From Obrimoposthia wandeli (taxonomy: Eukaryota), in assembly GCA_977020255.1 (NCBI GenBank), contig CDROCS010000279.1, positions 62,001 to 126,000 on the forward strand: 64,000 nucleotides of DNA, in the 5' to 3' direction. The notes under the pieces were generated by a model that did no database searches, was not told the origin of the DNA, and was given only the letters and a program-made list of their open reading frames with translations. Positions 1 through 9,625 of this stretch are shown piece by piece (within the stretch, counting starts at the first letter, position 1; every line of letters starts with the position of its first letter). The translations under genes and the position numbers were made by a program.

Positions 1-146
1 TCCCCTCCTCCACCATGATGCCAATAAATATTTTTGAAACTAGATTTGAAAATAGATTCATTTTGCAACAATTTACAGACGAAATGTGTCTTTCCACTTC
101 CACTAGGGCCAACTATTTGAAATACAGCATTATTATTTAGCTCCAT
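1..146 (-). CDS. FtsK/HerA (A32-like) DNA-packaging ATPase, N-terminal part, truncated by window edge
   Basis: ATG at 146; reads MELNNNAVFQIVGPSGSGKTHFVCKLLQNE..., with Walker A GPSGSGKT. Near-identical to 63633-63778. Confidence 0.85.
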   Translation of the reverse strand, partial: MELNNNAVFQIVGPSGSGKTHFVCKLLQNESIFKSSFKNIYWHHGGGG

Positions 147-183
147 TGCATATACTCTTTCATTTTTAATATTGTTTATATTA

Positions 184-456
184 TCATAGAAGTTTCCTTA
201 TTGAAATGTACAATGTTAGAGCTATTGTAGAATAAATACAAAAATTAATTAATGAATATTTGGCTATAATTTTATTTATTTGTGTACGATTTCTAAATTC
301 TCGAATAACGTGTGATCTAACCAATATTTCAATGTTATCTCTTGTTATATCATTATTTTTTAATTCTGATAAAATTTCTTTACCCCTAATTTTTCCAGAA
401 AATATTTCATCGGCAAGCCGATCCACTTCATTGTCTCTATTTATAGTATTATTCAT
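184..456 (-). CDS. 90-aa Maverick ORF with a C-terminal hydrophobic segment (putative small membrane protein)
   Basis: Intact ORF between the TBP-like gene and the ATPase; C-terminus YSLINFCIYSTIALTLYISIRKLL. Homologue at 63321-63595. Confidence 0.7.
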   Translation of the reverse strand: MNNTINRDNEVDRLADEIFSGKIRGKEILSELKNNDITRDNIEILVRSHVIREFRNRTQINKIIAKYSLINFCIYSTIALTLYISIRKLL

Positions 457-554
457 TCAAAACAATAAGTTTAAACGGGTTTGTTTATAGAAAAGATAAC
501 AAGATGTAATAAGATATATTTTCTAAAATAAAATCAACAATGTCTAGAGTTTTT

Positions 555-988
555 TCAATATATTTTCAATCCCAATATCATAACTTTACCACTGGAAAAT
601 ATATTTATACATAGCGGTTTAAACTTCAAATAACTGAGAGCAGGAAAAATTTCTGGTTCAAACATGCATTCTTCTTTCATTTTCTCTGCAGTTTTAAAAA
701 GATTTGTCTGTTTCCCGAGATTAGCCGAAATCGTGATTGATTGTATTGCAATGATTTGAATTCCAAATGGAAAATTGAACCCAAGCATTGGTATTTTGCA
801 TCCCATAACACGACAATTTCCTAAAGAATTCAATATGAAAATAAAATAAAAAACTAACCTGTAGGAAAAATAACAACTGTGAAATTGTCAAACTTTTCTA
901 CATATTGTCTCGGTTTCCATTCATTGAATGGTAAGTACGAAACATCATCTTCTGTTCTACCTTTATAATTTATATTTACGAGTTTCAT
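555..988 (-). CDS. TATA-binding-protein-like gene, two exons (988-859, 820-555; 38-nt GT-AG intron 858-821), 131 aa
   Basis: Spliced product MKLVNINYKGRTEDDVSYLPFNEWKPRQYVEKFDNFTVVIFPT^GNCRVMGCK...IQSITISANLG...FEPEIFPALSYLKFKPLCINIFSSGKVMILGLKIY. It matches both TBP repeats (TALIFSSGKMVCTGAK; YEPELFPGLIY...LIFVSGKVVLTGAK). Relative to copy C a 4-nt length difference near the 3' end gives an early stop before the last helix. The intron is inferred. Confidence 0.75.
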
Positions 989-1084
989 TAGACTAAAATT
1001 GTATTCTGTAAAATCTTCTTTATATATGTCTGAACCTGCTTTTTTATTGCACGTTTCTTGTAATTATCTTGTAAACCTATTATA

Positions 1085-1190
1085 ATTGGATGATATATTT
1101 AGTCCAATCTAATCCAATGCTTTTGTTATATTAACCAATGAGATTCATGTTTTTTGTTAGAAATTAGTATAAAAGAATGCGCCATTGGAG
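1085..1190. promoter_or_regulatory. Candidate divergent Pol II promoter (CCAAT boxes plus TATA box) between the TBP-like gene and ORF158
   Basis: ATTGG 1085-1089; CCAAT 1104-1108, 1114-1118, 1135-1139; TATAAAAG 1168-1175, about 30 bp upstream of ATG 1206. The TATA and several CCAAT/ATTGG motifs are retained in copy C. Confidence 0.45.
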
Positions 1191-1205
1191 GACAAATCAC
1201 AGTAA

Positions 1206-1682
1206 ATGCATTCATATCAAAGACAATTATCAACGATGGACGATAGCCAACGGGTATTAAGCGATGACAAAGAAATGTTTGAAGAATCCGATAAGGATAT
1301 GTATGAAGAAGTGAAACAATATTTCAAATACAAAGTCAGATTTTTGAAGAAGGCTCAGCTGATTGCTTTAGTAAATCCTGTGACAATTGAAAGAAGAAAG
1401 TTCAGCTACTATCTATCAGGTATTCAAAAACCTGATTTTCAATATCTTAAACAGAAAATAGAAAAGGCAGTTCCAAATTTTACTTTCAATAAGAACGAAT
1501 TTTATATCCGAGGAGCCGATGAAGCATTTCTAGATGACTATGGAAGATATGTTGATATTGATGCGTTTCCGAAAAGGAAGCATTGGACTGTAACAATTCG
1601 ACTTTATGGTTACAAGAAAGATGAAATGGGAACAAAGTTGCCTATGTGGAAAATTGAACGTGCTCATATTTCTATGTTTTAA
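1206..1682 (+). CDS. Maverick ORF158, unknown function (paralogue of the adjacent ORF134)
   Basis: Intact 158-aa ORF; homologues at 56545-56976, 61906-62545, about 11340-11650 and a scrap near 26475-26525. Confidence 0.75.
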   Translation: MHSYQRQLSTMDDSQRVLSDDKEMFEESDKDMYEEVKQYFKYKVRFLKKAQLIALVNPVTIERRKFSYYLSGIQKPDFQYLKQKIEKAVPNFTFNKNEFYIRGADEAFLDDYGRYVDIDAFPKRKHWTVTIRLYGYKKDEMGTKLPMWKIERAHISMF

Positions 1683-1815
1683 CTTTTGTGTGTAATAAAT
1701 TGTAATCGGTTTTACTATGTTTCTTTCATTTAATAATCAGTTTTATTTGTATCTTATTTGTATCTTTTGTGTATTTTTTATAAATATTGTTTTTAATCAG
1801 TTTCCTTATTTTAGA

Positions 1816-2220
1816 ATGGATAAGAAATGTGTAGCAAATTTTTATTATCCCGAAAGAATTTCAAAAGAAAAACTATGTAATATATTAAAGAGGCATCAAA
1901 TTATACGAGTTATGAATCCTGTGAAAATATCAAAAGTGGAGAAAAAATATCTCATCGAAATTTTAACAACAACTGATTTTGATCAACTGAAAAATATTTT
2001 GGGATTTTACATTCCTGATTATGTATATGAAGGAAATTGTTTCGAGCTTGATACTGATCCCAGTCTGGATTTTAAAGATGATCTAGGATATTTGATTGCT
2101 CCAATTCTAGATGAAGAAATATGGAATATCTCAATACGTCTGAATGGATATTTTGCTGATGACGAGAAAATGCAGCCTCTCTGGACTTTGAGTGAAGCCA
2201 ATATGTTGTTTTATGTTTAA
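1816..2220 (+). CDS. Maverick ORF134 (track start 1717 probably over-extended; likely start MDKKCVANF at 1816), unknown function
   Basis: Intact ORF; homologues at 56011-56408, 61353-61760 and a diverged one at about 10810-10990. It shares Q(L/I)I..VNPV.I, DF..LK, W...IRL.GY..D and P.W....A with ORF158. Confidence 0.7.
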   Translation: MDKKCVANFYYPERISKEKLCNILKRHQIIRVMNPVKISKVEKKYLIEILTTTDFDQLKNILGFYIPDYVYEGNCFELDTDPSLDFKDDLGYLIAPILDEEIWNISIRLNGYFADDEKMQPLWTLSEANMLFYV

Positions 2221-2337
2221 TAAATATTTTGAAAAATAATTTTGTCTCGTATTTTGTTTTTGCTCCTCTAAATTATATAGATCTGACCGATGTTTTTCGT
2301 GCCTGTAGATCAAGAATGAAGCCCGCCCCGCAGGGGC

Positions 2338-3075
2338 NNNNNNNNNNNNNNNNNNNNNNNNNNNNNNNNNNNNNNNNNNNNNNNNNNNNNNNNNNNNNNN
2401 NNNNNNNNNNNNNNNNNNNNNNNNNNNNNNNNNNNNNNNNNNNNNNNNNNNNNNNNNNNNNNNNNNNNNNNNNNNNNNNNNNNNNNNNNNNNNNNNNNNN
2501 NNNNNNNNNNNNNNNNNNNNNNNNNNNNNNNNNNNNNNNNNNNNNNNNNNNNNNNNNNNNNNNNNNNNNNNNNNNNNNNNNNNNNNNNNNNNNNNNNNNN
2601 NNNNNNNNNNNNNNNNNNNNNNNNNNNNNNNNNNNNNNNNNNNNNNNNNNNNNNNNNNNNNNNNNNNNNNNNNNNNNNNNNNNNNNNNNNNNNNNNNNNN
2701 NNNNNNNNNNNNNNNNNNNNNNNNNNNNNNNNNNNNNNNNNNNNNNNNNNNNNNNNNNNNNNNNNNNNNNNNNNNNNNNNNNNNNNNNNNNNNNNNNNNN
2801 NNNNNNNNNNNNNNNNNNNNNNNNNNNNNNNNNNNNNNNNNNNNNNNNNNNNNNNNNNNNNNNNNNNNNNNNNNNNNNNNNNNNNNNNNNNNNNNNNNNN
2901 NNNNNNNNNNNNNNNNNNNNNNNNNNNNNNNNNNNNNNNNNNNNNNNNNNNNNNNNNNNNNNNNNNNNNNNNNNNNNNNNNNNNNNNNNNNNNNNNNNNN
3001 NNNNNNNNNNNNNNNNNNNNNNNNNNNNNNNNNNNNNNNNNNNNNNNNNNNNNNNNNNNNNNNNNNNNNNNNNNN
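2338..3075. other. Assembly gap (738 N)
   Basis: Run of N; ORF-track entries spanning it are artefacts. Confidence 1.
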
Positions 3076-3285
3076 GTACATCGCCAAGCTAGTCTGTGAC
3101 CTATATGTGAGCGAGATATCCGTACATTGCAGGGCTAGTCTGTGACCTATATGAGAGCGAGATATCCGTACATCGCAGGGCTAGTCTGTGACCTATATGA
3201 GAGCGAGATATCCGTACATCGCAGGGCTAGTCTGTGACCTATATGAGAGCGAGATATCCGTACATCGCAGGACTAGTCTGTGACC
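3076..3285 (+). repeat. 46-bp tandem array (about 4.6 copies visible; probably continues into the gap)
   Basis: Unit GTACATCGCAGGGCTAGTCTGTGACCTATATGAGAGCGAGATATCC starts at 3076, 3122, 3168, 3214 and 3260 (partial). Confidence 0.95.
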
Positions 3286-3335
3286 AATGTCTGTCCCGAG
3301 CCCTTCGCGCCGATAGGCGCGAAAAATGTTTAGGG

Positions 3336-3450
3336 CCCCCCCTCTTGTCCTTTAAAACCGTGCATGTGTGTGGAGTGAAATTTCACTCCACACACCTACA
3401 CGAAATTTCACTCCACACACATGCACGGTTTTAAAGGACAAGTGGGGGGG
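3336..3450. repeat. Subterminal palindrome/hairpin of the Maverick end
   Basis: About 48-bp arms CCCCCCTCTTGTCCTTTAAAACCGTGCATGTGTGTGGAGTGAAATTTC and its near-perfect reverse complement, with a 17-nt spacer. There is also a perfect 8-bp GC stem TTCGCGCC-GATA-GGCGCGAA at 3304-3323. Confidence 0.9.
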
Positions 3451-6400
3451 GAGGGGGGTGTGGATTAGATTTCAAAAAGTCGTCATCAAAATAAAAATCC
3501 GTTTATTTAATACGAAGCTTCAGTCCATCTAGTGGGAGTTGAATAATCTAATATCGCATTTTCGTACTTACCACCAAATACAACTTCTGAAATTTAGCCT
3601 TTAGACCAAGGGATAATTGGATCTGTTAACAGTTCCATATACAGATTTTAATGATAACGATAAAACTATCCGATGTGGGTCATATGGTATTATTATTGTG
3701 ACATAGAGTAACATACGAAACGTTTAATGTCTGTTTCAAAAGACCAATTCAAAAGTCGGAGCAAGAATTAAATGAGTTTCTTCTATATCCTTCTTTCCTT
3801 TGGGAGCAGATTTTGTCAGTTTTTTTCAAACTATTCAGTTATGTGAAGATAGTAAAGATTATAGTGGACACTGATGAAGAATTTTAGATCACTTCCTAAG
3901 AAGCAAATTTGTCCATTCAAAATATGGAAGGATTTTTTTGACAAATTTCAAAACTGAACTCTAAAAAGAAAAACAATCAAAACATTTAACTATGTAGTAC
4001 TCTGTGACGAGAAATAAAAAAATTAAATAGGAAAATATTATTGTTAATATTTCTCTCCCCTTCTCTATAAAATGACCACGTAATATCAATATTGTGGGAT
4101 CTGTTGTTGTGGATAATAATATCAAAAGTATCAAGAATTGCAAATAGTTTATTAACGGTATAATAAAGATCACAGATATAGTAGAGTTTGTCTGGTTTCT
4201 GGCGGTTTGTTTGTAGTTGAGGAGATTTGTTGTTTTTTGTTTGTTTGAATAGCTTTCGGTTCTTTCTTCGATTTATTCTTATTTTTCTTAGTTTCACTAA
4301 TTAGATTAGCAACCATGTAATTGTGGATTTATGCCTCAATGGCAATCGATATATCAAATGCATAAATTATTATTATTCATCTTTTCAACCTAATCATCAT
4401 CATTTTTATTATTATTTATTTAATTAATTTTATTTATTTACAATTTCATTTGAAATTAAGTCACACATAATAATAAAAATCAGTATTGTTTTAAACCTGG
4501 GTAATACTAGAAATTTGGAACAGCTGTTGCGCAAAATGCTGACCTAACAAACTCAATAAGATATGAGTACTAAATCATTTTAGGAGGGTACGTTTCACTC
4601 AAATACGTTGTTAATGTAAAATTTGTAAAAGCAAGCCATTATTATATTGTGAAAATTGCGAAGAAACTTTTTGTTAGGTACTATTTTACACTTTATCACA
4701 CAAAATAATCGATTTTCAAGTACATTTTATAAATATTGAACTGTTTTCACTCAATCCTGCTGGCCTATTTTAAGTGCACATTATATTTCGACATAGGGAA
4801 ACTTAAAAAAGAAAAATACCTTACATTTACACTATTAAATGTTAACAACTATATTACACAAAAACAAAAGCTAAAATAAATTCAAAGGAGTTGGAGCATA
4901 CAGAATTCATTGCAACAACTTCTCGGTTTAATAGATGGAAAAGTAGAAAAATGTTATTTAGTTGCATGAAGAAAAAAGTATTTTGTATCGACAAGAGCAG
5001 TCCCTCACATATTTCCAAGCTACTCCAAATGGTCGTTTACTGTCTCAGTATGTATGTATGTATTATTCTAGATATATTAAATCATTAATAAAATGTTTGA
5101 CTTTCTTTGATTGTGTTTTTTACATTCCATTAGTAATATGTATTTGTAAAATAACATACTATGTATTAGAGAAATAAACGGATATATAGTTTTAGTAATA
5201 TATACATAAAAAGTCATAAATTTTATGTAAAATTCATAAAATTCATAATTTTTATCATGAAATCTTAAAAATCATATTTTTGTAATTAAAAAAATTAATT
5301 TTTTTTCAACAATATTATTATAATTGACAATAAAAGGATTAGAATTTATAATAGAAGGGTTAAAATTTGTGTAAATATTCTTTGCTCTAATAATTTTTTG
5401 CATTAATTCATTGCTTATTTATATTCATTGGTTATTATTTATATAATATATATTTAGCTAAAAGCTGGTATCAAAGAATAAAATAAAGAGGCATACAAAT
5501 TAATAAATTGTTTAAAGTTTGGAGAAGACGTTTGTTGCATTAAATTTCATATACAAAAGTTTGACAACAAATGACATTAGATAGATAATCTATATGGAGA
5601 AACTAAAAAATCCTACTACAGTGCTGGACAAAATATAAGCCAACATCTGGAGCTTTTGAATGATAATTATATTTAATGAAGAATATACTATAAAGAAACC
5701 GTAACTTTTCAACAGAAAATATATCAGCTTATATTAGTATTACTTTCAATCAAGATTTAGTGTAAATAAATAAATTTGAAACATTGTAAATATTTGTTTT
5801 TCGTTTGGTCATAAAAGTCACATTTTTCTGAATTTTTGGGTAATTAATAAACAGCCCTAATCTTTAGTAATATTTGTTATCCGGTTAATTTGGAAAAACA
5901 TACCAAAATATCTATGATTTAATTAGCGGTTAAACGGGAACGCCGAATTCAAAACCCAACAATAATCAAACTCAAAACAGTGAACAGTTACTCAACATGC
6001 AGGATAAATGAGTGCTCTTTAAACTCGTGAAGTTCACTGATGAATATAAATAAATGAAAGATGATTAGTTAATTAGGCCAATACACTTTCCACAATAATG
6101 ATATCTCATCACTGGGAATATACACTGATCCCGATGATCCCCATTTTGTCCCCAGGGGTCACTTCAATTCCGAGATCGATACGTTTAGGCTGCATCGATC
6201 CGGGATTGAAGTAATTGTAGTCCTGGGGGTCTATTTAGAGAAAATACGAAGATAGGGAATTCGAAATGGCGGCTGTGCTTTGTCTGGCAACAATATATAT
6301 TTGAAAATTTAGCAACCTTTACTGGCCATTCGGTTGTAAATTTCCCTTATAATTTGATCCTTTCTCACTTTACAATTGTCGCTTTAATTGCTTTAATTAT

Positions 6401-6916
6401 GGAGTCAAGCTTAAGAGTAAACCTATGTCCGGTTTCACTACTTGTGATAAATTCACGTATTTATCAAAGAGATATCGAGTAACGGAATTACTGCGGTATA
6501 AAATATTAAAAGTAACTGAACTTCCCAAAATGTTATAATGTCGAATTGGCCTGAGTGGAATAGATACCTTGCGGTCACATGAAACAAGACTAAAATACTA
6601 TACAGATTCAGAATGCAGACAAATATTTTCCACTGCTCTAAGGACTTTCACACAATTTACTTATGATAATTACAGCTACAAAAAGTTAAAACTTGGACAA
6701 AATGTGCCCAAGGGGTGTATTCAAAAACCTTTAACTTGAATGATCATTAAATAAAAAAAACTTTAACTGAGGAAAATGTTAAAGAAGCATTTTTGAAACT
6801 GAATTCTTTGATTCACACATTTCCAAATTTTAACATAAATCGAATTATTAAAATCATTAATATGAATACTACACTGAAGATGAGTATTGTGAATTTAGGA
6901 TTTTCTTTTAGGATTA

Positions 6917-7640
6917 GAACCTCCATTTGTAGTATATATCGACTCTGAGAGTGCTTGAACTGCATCCTGACTATAATCAACAACTTGTACCTATTTCAGT
7001 TGGTTTCATACTTAGCCATAATATGGGAGAACGATTAAACATTGTTCTCTTTACGATATTGATTATGTTAACGATTTAATTTATATATTATTTTCATTAA
7101 TTCAGTTAAACATAATCCTCACAATGCTACTCAGTGTTACTAGTGTAAGAAACAGCAACGCTATTATGTTCGCGACCATGATCATATCAGCGGTAAATAT
7201 ATGGGTGAGTTCAAAACCTAATATTTAATAAGGTTAAATTTTCATATAATTATGCCATTGACGACTCTAAACTACCTGAAATTCAATAACCAGCAAAATC
7301 AGATGTTCCTTATGATGTAACTAATGGTCAGTATGATAAAGCCTTTATGACGTGGAATAAATTAAATTGTGAAACGTTGAAGAATTATATGTTGGGAAAT
7401 ATGAGGCCTGGCGACTATTTATTATGTGATGTATTTGAATAATTTATAAAACAAGTTAGAATAAATGATAATTTCGAAGCATTGGATTTTTATACTATTC
7501 CTAGTTTGAGTTGGTCAATTGATATTAAATTGCTTTAAAATAAAGTTGAATTACTCCATACTCCCGAACTGTTCAGCATGTATGAATCAAGTATTCAAGG
7601 AGATACTACATTTATTAATAAACATTGTTGTAAAACAGCA
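6917..7640 (+). pseudogene. Degenerate Polinton-type protein-primed DNA polymerase B with an endonuclease VII-like insert
   Basis: Motifs in correct order with stops and deletions: EPPFVVYIDSES (Exo I, cf. PFVIYADFES), YVRDHDHISGKYMG (cf. VRDHCHLTGKYRG), KFSYNY, YDKAFMTWNKLNCETLKNY, LLCDVFE, YTIPSLSW, KVELL...ESSIQG. Confidence 0.8.
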
Positions 7641-9200
7641 TCTCATATATACACTAATAATTTAGATGATTGGGTATTGAACAAAAATTTACTATTTGGT
7701 ATTTACTTGAAATTGATTTACATGTTCTCAAAGTGATTTACTTATTGCTACAATCAAACAGTGTCCTCCTCTTTTTAAAGTTATTTTTAACTCATGAGGA
7801 CAAAAAAAACTATATAATATATTTCCAACTATTATAATTTTATGTGTTTCTAGGAGTCAAAGTTACTTAAGTGCTTAGAATTAATAAATTTCATCAAGAA
7901 ACGTGCTCAGTCTACAAATGCTTTTAATAACGCATATTATAAATTTCAAAATAAATCCATTTAATCCATTAAAACAGCAGAAATTTTGAAAAATTGTTTT
8001 GATATGTTTTAGTCCTTCGTTTCGTATACATACCAAAATTTCAGATGATTTGAATTTAATATTAATAAAAATGAAATACATTTGTCTTAATCGACCATCA
8101 TCAGCTCTTGACTTATCAAAGTTGAGAATGTAGCTCCAATATATTGAACTTGCTAAATAAAGAAACCAACTAAATTATCAAATGGAAATTGTGTCTATGG
8201 ACACAGACTTATTCTTTTTGGAAGTTCATAATATAAACGATGGAAAATGTTTGGCTGAACAATAGTACCGTCTCGTACGTTTATTTTTCTATTCTATAGT
8301 TTTTGTCAATGCTCCTGAGAGTTGATGTTTTACAAAAATTCCAATCTTACAAAGGACTGTATCATCACGTTTCACTTTTACATATTTGAGGAGAAGACTA
8401 TTTTTTTTCTTTTGATAATCTGAATCTTGATTTTGGATCCCTTTCACTTTCTGGTGACTCTTCTATATTCTGTTTTTTAGGTTGGCTAAGCTTTGCAAAC
8501 TTAAACTCAAGGCGGGAAACTGAGTCCCTCATTTGATCACCCCTTTCTTTCTACTGACTTGAGAGTGCAAACCAGGAAGAACACTGTGAGCATTCCAACT
8601 TCTTATGTTCTCTATTTTTCTTTATTTTGATACTTGTTTTCAGACATTCATCGTTGGATCGAGTGCAAACATAATTTTGTCTGTAATAATAAATAAATAA
8701 ATTATTTTAGCTATTATATCAGTGAAATAATTAAATTATTACGAATTATGTCAGTAAACATGATTTACTCAACGTCTTTCTAAAGTGTGTATTAACTTTC
8801 GAAATTTTAAGGAATCTGATTTCAGAAAATCGTTGTTCTCCCTTAATTGTAATCAGTTGTTTGATAAAGAAATAAAGGGATCGGAATCAGGGTTTTCCTC
8901 TTACAGCTAATCATTAACTGGAGTGCATTGAAATTAATTAATCGGAATTTTAATGTATTGAATGAATTAAAGTAAATTTAATTTAAGTGGTGTTGAATTT
9001 AGAGGGTTAAATTTAATATATTTGAATTAATTTGTTTTGATGCCTTTAGCAAAAATTTAAAATCAGCCCAAAATTTTAATGTAAGAAAGTTATTTGAATT
9101 TATGCCAGAATGTCTAAAATTTTAAAAGTTCAAAATTCTAAAATGACTCTGTGTCACTGAAAGACAACAATGGCGTTAGTTCTATTGAGATAATTATAAA

Positions 9201-9625
9201 GCTAACGCATGCAATTATTACATCAAGACTTGATTTTTCAAATTCCAGCATTGTTCAGACAAACGTTTTCCATCGAAAAAGTGACAGCGATTGAATGAAA
9301 ATCTCAGGTACAGAAATTGTTGAATGAAACTTTATAAAAAAATGTATAGGAAATTACAACAAACAGTAAAATGATTTTGTGAATTTTTAATCTGTATCAT
9401 TTCTATCATCGATCATTGTTTAAGTAATAAATCTTGGTTTATATTATGAACTTCCAAAAAGAATAAGTCTGTGTCCATAGACACAAATTTCTAGCTTATC
9501 AATTAAATCGCTTGCAAAAAAATTTTTAAACAAAGATGTCAGAAATATATTTAAATAAAAGAAAAATGTTAGTTCAAACAAACATTTAATGAAGATCCTT
9601 CGACTGCCGATCACTGCCAGAATTT
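9201..9625 (+). mobile_element. L2/CR1-type LINE ORF2 3' fragment, interrupted by a ~250-bp insertion
   Basis: HAIITSRLDF ... LMKILRLPITARI (cf. HAFITSRLDYCN ... LHWLPV..RI). Related to 36494-36685 and 41790-41985. Confidence 0.6.
9243..9494. mobile_element. Small non-autonomous insertion; an internally deleted, inverted copy lies at 8185-8265
   Basis: Absent from the two sibling L2 fragments. 9437-9491 is the near-perfect reverse complement of 8185-8238, and 9248-9275 matches the reverse complement of 8238-8265. Confidence 0.55.

Larger units (their letters stand above)
1..3469 (-). mobile_element. Maverick/Polinton-like element, copy A (body continues off the left edge of the window)
   Basis: 1-2288 is the reverse complement of the gene module of copy C (ATPase, TM ORF, TBP-like, ORF158, ORF134). 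It ends in the family TIR sequence (...GGACAAGTGGGGGGGGAGGGGGGTGTGGATTAGA at 3436-3469) but lacks the last ~20 bp (CCGGACACATCCACCTACT). Contains an assembly gap. Confidence 0.85.

Noticed and set aside
555-833. TBP-like ORF as the host TBP gene or a processed pseudogene
   Set aside because: Far too divergent for the highly conserved host TBP, present in two element copies at a fixed position next to the packaging ATPase, and apparently intron-containing.
2131-3092. Long ORFs 2131-3087, 2229-3092 and 56894-57283
   Set aside because: Artefacts of translating through N runs.
3076-3285. 46-bp (and 109-bp at 12875) repeats as a CRISPR-like array
   Set aside because: Units are head-to-tail with no unique spacers; eukaryotic context; no cas genes.
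3600-4297. Possible LINE apurinic endonuclease relic on the minus strand (VNKL...DIII...DITW)
   Set aside because: Resemblance too weak to call without a search.
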